Assembly (NCBI GenBank): GCA_047947115.1
Contig: CP170459.1
Location: forward strand, 928,001 to 992,000
Source: Verrucomicrobiota bacterium
GTDB taxonomy: Bacteria > Verrucomicrobiota > Verrucomicrobiia > Limisphaerales > AAA164-E04
Direction: 5' to 3'
Length of the DNA: 64,000 nt
Shown: positions 52,628 to 61,091 of the stretch, piece after piece
Layout: every line of letters starts with the position of its first letter
Position numbering within the stretch: the first letter of the stretch is position 1
The notes under the pieces: generated by a model
Told to the model about the DNA's origin: nothing
What the model saw: only the letters and a program-made list of their open reading frames with translations
Databases searched by the model: none
Translations under genes and position numbers: made by a program

Positions 52628-53641
52628 TTATGTTGAGAAACTAATTGACGGGATGGTTAGTTGTACTTGCAAAATATCATTTTGCTTTAAATTCAAATCA
52701 AAATTTAGCTGCCTCATTTTACTAAGTATAACTTGAAGTTGCAGAATTAAACTTGTTGTTGATTGAAAGTTGTCTATAAATTTATTTATCCAACCATTAT
52801 GTGTATTAGAAATAAAGTTAAAGCAAACGCTGCCAGCATCATTGGCATTGCTTGATGGATTGGTAATGGGTACGGAATTGATTTCCACCCTTCCGAATGA
52901 GAAGAGAGCATGCAATGAATCGATCAATTTTGGAAACCACCAATTCAGCCCTTTATTTGTAATAAAAGATTTAAAGCTATAACATTCGTTCAAATTATCC
53001 ACTACAGAAATATTATTTTCGATGCAAGTTTTTTTGAGGACAAATATCAAACTTTTCAGACTGCAATTCCAATTAAAAGCATAACAGAATTTTTCAGCTA
53101 AAATAAGTTTACTGAACTGTTCAGGCATCCAATTACAATAATCATGGAATTTCCCGATCAACTTTTGTAGTTTAAGGTGTATTTGATCATCCGTGCAACA
53201 TGTTTCTTCCAGCATTTCCATCGACAACATTAACGATGACAATGGACTTTTGATATCGTGCAACGTGTTTCTAAGAACGAAGTTGAGTTGAAACTCTAAA
53301 TCCATTACCTGGTCTAAAGTTTCAAATTCACTGGTAACATTGATGGACTTATGCAACTGATCACGTCGGGATAAAAAAGTTTGGTTATCAATAAACAGTT
53401 TCAACACCATTTGAGACAAACCATCGGAAAAAATTAATATCGGTGTGAAAGTAGCGGTTGAATTGGAAAATTTAGATACCAAAAGCTGAATTAGTTGTGC
53501 ATCAAAATTATTTTGTGTAGAAAACTTAACTTTTGATTCGTCTGTAAATAAATAAATATCGAATGAGGACGCCCGGCTATTTATTGAAAGTACAGGTGTC
53601 CAACTAATCAAGTCAGAGTTAGTTATAGGGCTAATTGGCAT
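52628..53641 (-). CDS. HisKA-containing protein with degenerate or absent ATPase domain
   Basis: LHDIKSPLSSL H-box; no N, G1 or G2 boxes recognisable in the C-terminal half. Confidence 0.6.
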   Translation of the reverse strand: MPISPITNSDLISWTPVLSINSRASSFDIYLFTDESKVKFSTQNNFDAQLIQLLVSKFSNSTATFTPILIFSDGLSQMVLKLFIDNQTFLSRRDQLHKSINVTSEFETLDQVMDLEFQLNFVLRNTLHDIKSPLSSLMLSMEMLEETCCTDDQIHLKLQKLIGKFHDYCNWMPEQFSKLILAEKFCYAFNWNCSLKSLIFVLKKTCIENNISVVDNLNECYSFKSFITNKGLNWWFPKLIDSLHALFSFGRVEINSVPITNPSSNANDAGSVCFNFISNTHNGWINKFIDNFQSTTSLILQLQVILSKMRQLNFDLNLKQNDILQVQLTIPSISFST

Positions 53642-55103
53642 AAAAAGGATAGTCTATTGAGTTAGTTACCTCAAGTGAGATTTGTATTGTAAAACCGTCA
53701 CCCTGATTAGGGTGGAGTACTTCCAAATCCCCGTTAATATTCCACAACATAAATCTCAATTTAGATAGTCCAAGTCCGAATCCCTTGTCAGAGGATAATC
53801 CGAATTTGGTAAATTGTTCATAAGGGAGTAAACAGTTTTGAAATGGAAAGGATTTTGGTAAATCGCCATTGTCCTTAATGGTAACAACAATGTGACTGTT
53901 ATTTTTCAGATCTATAAATACCGAAATAATAATAGGATGAACGCTACAATACTTTTCAGCATTGAGGTGGATTTCTTGAAAAATACTTTCCAAAATTTGT
54001 TTGGAAACAATTATTTGAAGGTTGGAACTACTCAAGGCAGTATATAAACATAATTTAAGGGACGAATCTGTAAAGAAACTTTTGATAATGTCAACAAAAG
54101 TAGGAAAGGATAAAGTGTCAATACATGCTGGACTTAATTTTCTGGTATTGATATAGTCCAACAATCCCTGATGTTTATAATGTAATTCTTCTGCTGCATT
54201 TAGGGCCATTTCAACCAAAATCTTGCTTTCGCTATTGAGAGAATTATCGGATTGTAAAAGTTGTAACGGAGTCAAGATCTGATGCATTGGTGTATTCAAC
54301 TTATGCGCAATGTAATGTTCAAAAAGATAGGTTGAAATAGTTGTTTTAATTTCTCTGTTTAAAGATTTAATTTGTACCAAATAAGAATTGTTGTTGAATC
54401 CCCATTTCTGATTGATACACTCTATTAAATACAATCCTTGTTCAATATACTGATTTTCCGGAAGCCAACATACCAACTTCTGATCAGGAAATTCGCTCAT
54501 TAACTGGGATAATTGTTTGTTTTCTTTGATAATAGCTTTTCGATTTCGAAAAATGGTTTTAAGATCATTTTTCAATGACGCCATATCTGGTGTTGCGAGT
54601 ATTTGTGATGCCTTTGTGTTGGACCATAAAATTTTATAATGTTGGTCAAATTCTATTAGCCCAAAGGGTAATGATTGACTGATGTGCAATGCCCTGGCGT
54701 GTTCCTGTAGCGAATGTCCAACTCTATTTATTTTTAACTGATTTTTTATTTTCAGTCTTAAAACGGAGGAATTAAACGGCTTTTGAATATAGTCGTCGGC
54801 GCCGTGTTCAATACTTCGCAATAACTCTTGTTGTTCAGAATATCCTGAAACAACTATAACCGGTACGATGGAAAGGTTTGGTTCGCTTCTAATGCGATCA
54901 AGAACATCGTAACCAGATTCCTCATTAAGATCCAAGTCAAGTAATATAACACTCGGGTTCAGTTTGATTGCTAATTTAATTGCCTCATCACTATTAGTTG
55001 CTTTAAAAACCTTGCAAGATAATTTAATGATAAGCTCTTCAAGTATCTCTAACACTTCATGTTCATCGTCAATGATTAATACGGATTTATCTTTATGTGC
55101 CAT
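53631..55103 (-). CDS. REC-PAS-histidine kinase
   Basis: VLIIDDE/ILLDLDL/DYIQKPF receiver; AHKLNTPM H-box; NAEKY, KDNG, GFGLGLS. Confidence 0.88.
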   Translation of the reverse strand: MAHKDKSVLIIDDEHEVLEILEELIIKLSCKVFKATNSDEAIKLAIKLNPSVILLDLDLNEESGYDVLDRIRSEPNLSIVPVIVVSGYSEQQELLRSIEHGADDYIQKPFNSSVLRLKIKNQLKINRVGHSLQEHARALHISQSLPFGLIEFDQHYKILWSNTKASQILATPDMASLKNDLKTIFRNRKAIIKENKQLSQLMSEFPDQKLVCWLPENQYIEQGLYLIECINQKWGFNNNSYLVQIKSLNREIKTTISTYLFEHYIAHKLNTPMHQILTPLQLLQSDNSLNSESKILVEMALNAAEELHYKHQGLLDYINTRKLSPACIDTLSFPTFVDIIKSFFTDSSLKLCLYTALSSSNLQIIVSKQILESIFQEIHLNAEKYCSVHPIIISVFIDLKNNSHIVVTIKDNGDLPKSFPFQNCLLPYEQFTKFGLSSDKGFGLGLSKLRFMLWNINGDLEVLHPNQGDGFTIQISLEVTNSIDYPFYAN

Positions 55104-55488
55104 GATTCAATTTGGTTGTATCTTTAATGATCTGTTCGATGTGGTTCAACAAATGGCCCATTCTAAAAGGTTTGGACATATAAAAATCAGCACCTGCGTC
55201 GAGGCATCTCTGTTCATCGCCCTGCATGGCTAAAGCGGTGAGTGCTATGACATAAGATTGTTTGAGAAAGATTGGATGACTGGTTCTGAGGTGGTTTATT
55301 AATGTAAAACCATCTAATTTAGGCATTTGTATATCTAAAAGTAGTATTTTGGGGGCAGGTATATCTACAATAGAGTTTAAAAATTCCAACGGACATGAAT
55401 AGTGAACGCACATATAACCATGTTTAGATAAGTAAAGGGATATTAGTTCAGCGTTGGTTATATCGTCTTCAATTAAGTATATAAGCAT
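55093..55488 (-). CDS. Single-domain response regulator (DivK/CheY-like)
   Basis: LIEDD, LLDIQMPKLDG, VIALTALAMQGDEQRCLDAGADFYMSKP. Confidence 0.92.
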   Translation of the reverse strand: MLIYLIEDDITNAELISLYLSKHGYMCVHYSCPLEFLNSIVDIPAPKILLLDIQMPKLDGFTLINHLRTSHPIFLKQSYVIALTALAMQGDEQRCLDAGADFYMSKPFRMGHLLNHIEQIIKDTTKLNHGT

Positions 55489-55575
55489 ATGACTAATCTT
55501 GTTGAACTGTGAATGGCAATTTTATTGCTATCGTAGTATGGCTATTCTGGCTATTCTGGGATGAATTTATTGTAA

Positions 55576-56526
55576 GAGCCTGTCTGAAAAAGCGAAAACA
55601 AGTGTGAACAGGTAAAAAATTGCAAAGAAAATGTTCATTAAAACTTGACAACATGCCTTTAGTCAGAGAGTTGCATCTTTATCGAAGATCACGGTACCGC
55701 GATGACTATCGCAAAAACCGTACGATATCCTTCGGATCTTACCGATGAACAATGGAACCTTATTCGTCCCGTGCTTCCTCTCAAACAAAATCGAGGCCGA
55801 CCAACAATTGATCGCCGAATGATTATCAACGCCATATTCTACGTTCTCAAGGGTGGTATACAATGGAGGATGCTTCCCGATTCATTTCCGAAATGGAAAA
55901 CCGTGTATCACGTTTTCCGTAAATGGGCGACTGATGGCACCTGGGAGGGCATCCATGATCAACTTAGGACGCAGGTGCGCGCACAAGTAGGCAAGCGTTC
56001 ACGACCAACAGCAGCCATTCTTGACAGCCAGAGCGTTAAGTCAAACTGTCACGGTGGTGACGTTGGCTATGATGCCGGTAAAAAGATCAAAGGGCGTAAA
56101 AGGCACATACTTGTGGACACATTAGGCATGTTGCTGGGAGTGTTCATTACTCCTGCATCCACTCCGGAACGGGAAGGTGCTCAAGGTTTGTTGGATCGTA
56201 TACTTCATAAGCTACCCTGGCTTAAATTGATCTGGGTAGACGGTGGGTATAGCGGGGAAGCTTTTGCCAACTGGGTTCGCTTCAAGAAACCTTGTTTAGA
56301 AGTGGAAGTTGTCAAACGCGACGAGAATGCCAAAGGATTTAATATCCTCAAAAGGCGTTGGATTGTTGAACGAACTTTCGGATGGTTCATGCATCAGCGC
56401 CGTCTTGTTCGGGATTATGAGTATAGTGAATCAAGTGCTAAAGCATGGATTTATATCGCTATGCTAAGAATTCAACTGCGTCGGCTCGCTTAAACATTGG
56501 GTTAGGTTGACTTTTCAGACAGGCTC
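55576..56526 (+). mobile_element. IS5-family insertion sequence (951 bp), intact
   Basis: Perfect 15-bp TIR GAGCCTGTCTGAAAA; TAA target duplication at 55573-55575 and 56527-56529. Confidence 0.95.
55702..56493 (+). CDS. IS5-family transposase
   Basis: YPSDLTDEQW, WRMLP..FP.WKTVY, ILDSQSV, KIKGRKRH, VDGGY, RWIVERTFGW. Confidence 0.96.
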   Translation: MTIAKTVRYPSDLTDEQWNLIRPVLPLKQNRGRPTIDRRMIINAIFYVLKGGIQWRMLPDSFPKWKTVYHVFRKWATDGTWEGIHDQLRTQVRAQVGKRSRPTAAILDSQSVKSNCHGGDVGYDAGKKIKGRKRHILVDTLGMLLGVFITPASTPEREGAQGLLDRILHKLPWLKLIWVDGGYSGEAFANWVRFKKPCLEVEVVKRDENAKGFNILKRRWIVERTFGWFMHQRRLVRDYEYSESSAKAWIYIAMLRIQLRRLA

Positions 56527-57566
56527 TAAACGATCCTTTAGTTTTGTTGAGGTACTCACGTAAATATGTAAAACCCATTCCTAATCCCTTTATATTTCTG
56601 GTTAAACTGGTGTCGCCGCGCCATCCTGCGTTTTGGAGTTGATGCATCATCGAAGCGCTGATTCCGGTGCCATCATCAGTAATTGCTATTTCTAACATAT
56701 TACTTTTGTCTGATAGTAATGATATTTTAATTAAAACAAGCGACTTAGCATACTTAATAGAATTGTCTAGAACACATTCGAGCATTTTCTCGAACCAAAC
56801 AGAATATCCTGCTAAATAAGAGTTTTTTTGTAAATCACACGTCTCGAATTTGAAATGCAAACACACTTCATCTAGCATCGAACTGCACTTTTGTTTTATA
56901 TTTTCTATGCTTATTTTGAATTTATTATTTTGCATAGGGGTAAGGCTGAATGTGCGTATGATTTCTAATATTTTGAGATTATAATCTATTGTATCTATAC
57001 ATTGAGCTATATTAGATAACTTCGATTTGACATGAATCAAATCTGAATCAACCAGGTCAAGTAATGCTAACTCAGTATTAAATGATATGGTCGTCAGCGG
57101 TGTTCGTATTGTATCAGCAATGTTTTCAAGTAAAGACTGTATATACAAGTTTTCGCTTAGTTTATTTTGTGAAGCTACATCAAAACCATGGATAATTCTG
57201 TCATCTAACTCTATCATTGTACCTACAATTTTGTTCGGTAGCTTTATTATAGTACAGGTGCTTGGAATAATTTTTGTGCCGTTGGCAAAGTCGAGTTCAA
57301 CATTGCGTGAACTGTGTGATGAATCCTCGATGCATGCTATCCAATCTTTCCAAACTTGAACATCATAATTCTTGATATACTGCCAAATGCTGTCTCCAAC
57401 TGAAATAGTTAAATTGTTTTTAGGACATGTTGCTAGTACGATTGTTCCATTCAAATCGGTCTCAAATACAATATATGGAAGCAAATTTAAAATTGCAAGT
57501 TTGCTTGATACCGATTCCTCCAGTGAATCGAGAATTTTTTGTCTAAGGAAGACCTCGGTGGGTACT

Positions 57567-58154
57567 TTAAGTGTTTTGATTTTCGAGGACATCTTGTGCA
57601 GTTGTTATATAACTATACAAAGGCAAAATATTTTTGATGTAATAGTCGTTTTCAAAGTCGTTTTGTCCAGCTATCAAGTCTTTAATGATGTGAACATTAA
57701 AACCAAGTTCGTATGCGGTACGTGCAGTACTATCTATACACAGACTTGTAAAAATACCGGTTAAATACAAATTATTCACCCCATTTTTTTGTAAAATGTC
57801 ATAGAAGTCGGTATGTTGAAAGGCATTCAATGTTCGTCGAGTCTTTAATTTTACGATTGGCTTGGATATTTCTTTGAGTTCCGGGATCAATTCAAATCCA
57901 TTGGTGCCTTCTAGAAATGCCTTTTGATCATTTATGGTCTTCAAAATGCCATATGGCTCGTCAAGATCGGAATAAGTCTTGTCAAAACCTATTGGGGCGG
58001 TGACCACGATAAACTTATCGTTCAACGCTTTTATCAATGCTAACGTTTGCGTCTTTAACAGTTCTATGTCTTTCCTATTTTTAAGGAAACTATGCATTTT
58101 TCCAGTTTTACTGAAATAATCATTTTGAAATCCTATCAACAATAAACAGTTCAC
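57567..58154 (-). CDS. Isochorismatase-family cysteine hydrolase-like protein with degenerate triad
   Basis: LLLIGFQNDYF (Asp replaced by Gly), NAFQHTD, LTGIFTSLCIDSTARTAYELGF; GTG start. Confidence 0.85.
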   Translation of the reverse strand: MNCLLLIGFQNDYFSKTGKMHSFLKNRKDIELLKTQTLALIKALNDKFIVVTAPIGFDKTYSDLDEPYGILKTINDQKAFLEGTNGFELIPELKEISKPIVKLKTRRTLNAFQHTDFYDILQKNGVNNLYLTGIFTSLCIDSTARTAYELGFNVHIIKDLIAGQNDFENDYYIKNILPLYSYITTAQDVLENQNT

Positions 58155-58393
58155 CTTCCAACCCTAAACCGATAACAATTACATTAAAAACCAAAAATTG
58201 TCAAAAAAGTGTAAAAAAATAATAAAAATACATACACAACGTCACTAGAATATCACGGAACATTGTTCCGTGCCAAGCAATCACCAACATTTGATAATTC
58301 CTCTAAATTCTCAGCATTATGATAAGGAACTACATTTCATTTCCACACTCATGCAAATTGACGTGTCTAGCCATACGTTCTAGTATCTAGCTC

Positions 58394-59143
58394 ATGAACT
58401 TTGGAAAGGTAACTTCATATCCCAAGAAAAACGTTGTCGAATTTCGTCCGAAGATCCTGATTGTAGAGGATAATCCACAGGAATTATTCCTTCTAGAAGA
58501 ACGGATGTCTGATTTGAACATGACGGTTTATACCGCAGAATCAGCAACTGAAGCTATTAAGTTGGATTCAAACATTGATCCGGATTTAACTATTATCGAT
58601 TATCATCTACCAGATTGTCGTGGTGATTTTCTCGTTCACGAGTTGCGTGCTAAGAAATCACATCGGTTGCTTGTTGTTTTATCGAATGACAATACACAAG
58701 AGTCAATACTTCAAGCGCTGAACTCCGGAGCAGACACCTATTGGTGTAAACCAATGGTTTTTAGGGAAATGATACATCGTATTCATTCCTTACTGTGTAG
58801 TCATCACCGACAACAAAAGCTCGTAACTCCTTTTGAAATAAATGGCTATAAATTAGATCCTTATCGTTTCACGGCTACAGTAACTCGAGACAATAAGGTT
58901 ATCTCATTAACGCGAAATGAAGGAAAAATTTTATCTCTTTTAATTCCATACGTAGGCAAAACCGTGAAATATGAGGCTTTACAGACAGTAACTAGGAATG
59001 ATTTATCCACTAAACGTCTACATTCATCATCTATTAAAAATATTATCTGCAGCTTAAGGAAAAAGCTTCCACTTCTAAACATAGTTACTGTTTCCAAACA
59101 AGGTTACATGTTAAGCAATAGCAGCATAACTGTAGAAGTATAA
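58394..59143 (+). CDS. OmpR/PhoB-type DNA-binding response regulator
   Basis: ILIVEDN, IIDYHLPD, GADTYWCKP; wHTH LTRNEGKILSLL...ICSLRKKL...VSKQGY. Confidence 0.88.
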   Translation: MNFGKVTSYPKKNVVEFRPKILIVEDNPQELFLLEERMSDLNMTVYTAESATEAIKLDSNIDPDLTIIDYHLPDCRGDFLVHELRAKKSHRLLVVLSNDNTQESILQALNSGADTYWCKPMVFREMIHRIHSLLCSHHRQQKLVTPFEINGYKLDPYRFTATVTRDNKVISLTRNEGKILSLLIPYVGKTVKYEALQTVTRNDLSTKRLHSSSIKNIICSLRKKLPLLNIVTVSKQGYMLSNSSITVEV

Positions 59144-60556
59144 TGCATGGACTTTCGTTGCGACTTCTGCATTAATAGTATTGATATCTCAGGTATATTA
59201 CGTGATAAAAAAATTGTTACGTAATTCTAATCCAGAATTATATTTAAAAAAATGTGTGGGTGTAATACGATGTGATTGAAAGATTTTTGAACGTAATCAA
59301 AGACATCTTACTCTTAGAACCTGTAATTGAACATTGACGCGGTTGTCCTTGGAGAGATAGTTCAAATGCCCTCACATAAATCCATTGGATAATTCGAACG
59401 GGAACGTCATTGAAACTTGTTTAGAGGGCAGCCTCAGGAGTGGGAGGCTGCCCTTGAGGGGTGGGGAACCAATTGGGAGGAGTTCATTTAATCCTCCAAT
59501 CTGGTATGTTCATAACTAGCTTGGTTTTTAGTGAACAACTACAGTCTAATCATTTTACCAATGACTTCAATTGGAAATAATGGTGTACATACGAATTTAT
59601 AAAAGGATTAAGTTATTATCCATGAATTAAAAATTTTTCATTGAAATGCAGTGAGTCAAGAGAACTATCAAAAAAAGGAGGAGATCCCTATTCTCGAGAT
59701 CATCCTCCTTTTACGCGGTAAAAAGCGAGCCGCTAATTGACCCAGATCTACAAGTAGCCAAATATCACCGTAAACAAGATATGTCACGCTAAAAATAGCG
59801 GGAATTTCAGGAATATGAATAATAAAATCAAGTATTGTGCGAAAATTACTAAAAAGGGTTATAAAAGCAGATATGTGATTAGAAAGTAATCAAAGTGTCA
59901 TTGCGCGCCTTCTGATTTTCAAGGTATTCGGCTCTTATGTGAAGACCTAGCAAGCTTCCGATTGTATTGTCGACACTGATTGGCAATCCAACCAACCACA
60001 CCATGCCAAGCATTTTTACCATCACATCCAACATGTCGTTTCACCCCTATCGTGGTTTAATCTTATCAAGAATGTTGCATACCTTGTTTCTCATCATCTA
60101 AACAAACCAACCTTGGCACTGAAATGACCCGTGAGATGACAGCGATATTTTCTCAAATCAGGAATCCATATGGCAATCATACCCAATTCAATTAGTGGTT
60201 CGAATCCGACAATACGCAAGGTTTTTGAAACCTTGTTCGCGTTGATGAATCAAACTGACACAAGATTTTATTCCATGCTGATTCAGCAACGTTCATTGAG
60301 ACTTGGGAAGGAATATTTTCGAAATGATCCAGGCCACTCGACTGGCAATGGTATTCGATTCACGTTGTGCCCAAGTCAAACCCCTACGCGCCTTATCCAA
60401 GACTAGCATCAACACCAAATTCTTCAACTGCAATGAACGCTTGATCAAAGCACTGCTCTATGTCCGAATTGATGAAAAGTAGGGAAGCGTTTCGGGTTAC
60501 ATGGTGGAAAAGGGCTGTGACACGTAATCGGGTATCAAAGGTTCAAATAAAATCTG

Positions 60557-60585
60557 TTGACATCGGTTGCACATAAGCTGACGAT
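60557..60585 (+). promoter_or_regulatory. Candidate sigma70 promoter for the lasso precursor
   Basis: Consensus TTGACA, 17-nt spacer, GACGAT, 65 nt before the ATG. Confidence 0.45.
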
Positions 60586-60650
60586 GAAAGAAATTAGCGT
60601 CCCTGTTAGGCACCGGTTCGCTTCTGAGTTTTAGCCCGAACACCACAGTT

Positions 60651-60818
60651 ATGTACAACGAGGCAGTAAAAAAACCAACGGCAACCAACTATGTCAGCCC
60701 CCAACTGCTGTTCATAGGTAAACTGGAAAACCTGACAACAGGAGGAAGCGGCAGTAAACGTGAGTCAACGGTGAGTAAAGGTAAGGGCAAGTCGCCAAGC
60801 AGCAACAGACGCCCTTAA
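60651..60818 (+). CDS. Lasso peptide precursor (55 aa)
   Basis: Manual translation MYNEAVKKPTATNYVSPQLLFIGKLENLTT|GGSGSKRESTVSKGKGKSPSSNRRP: leader YxxPxLxxxGxxxxxT, Thr at -2, core Gly1 with Glu8. Confidence 0.82.
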   Translation: MYNEAVKKPTATNYVSPQLLFIGKLENLTTGGSGSKRESTVSKGKGKSPSSNRRP

Positions 60819-61091
60819 TGCTGTTAGACCCACTTAGTGTCCGCTGGCCAAGTGCATTGAAAGGAGTTTTTCGGCGCAATGTCGCCTTACGATTTCGAGA
60901 GTCCTTTAGGATTCTTGGAAATTATTTGCGTACAAATTCGTGGCTTCGGATGAGAAAGAGTGGACAAATTGCACTGGAACGGTAGGATCTTGTAAACAAT
61001 TGATTCTTATTTTGTTGTAATATACGAGAGAGGGACTATCGGAAAATAGCGACATGGATTGAGCTTTTAACTGGACTATTTCTCCTGAAAG

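Larger units (their letters stand above)
55493..57592 (-). pseudogene. PAS-like + His-less histidine-kinase-like gene split by IS5
   Basis: IADTIRTPLTTI (H-box without His), VLDNSIKYA, DDGTGI, GLGMG. Removing the IS and one TAA restores the frame ...KGSF-TINSSQNSQNSHTTIAIKLPFTVQQD* ending at 55493. Confidence 0.85.

Noticed and set aside
56459..56526. Convergent overlap of the kinase and transposase 3' ends as a designed overlap
   Set aside because: It is a by-product of read-through into the inserted IS5
60194..60210. GTGGTTCGAATCCGAC resembles a tRNA T-loop, a possible attR remnant
   Set aside because: It does not match the tRNA-Arg T-arm (CTGGGTTCGAGTCCCGG), the stem pairs poorly and no acceptor end follows
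60170..60406. 78-aa ORF in the ORF-poor region
   Set aside because: No motif and no clear RBS; likely spurious or decayed
60818..60985. 55-codon ORF overlapping the lasso precursor stop (TAATG), MLLDPLSVRWPSALKG...
   Set aside because: No recognisable PqqD/RRE, peptidase or cyclase motif, so it cannot be supported as a gene
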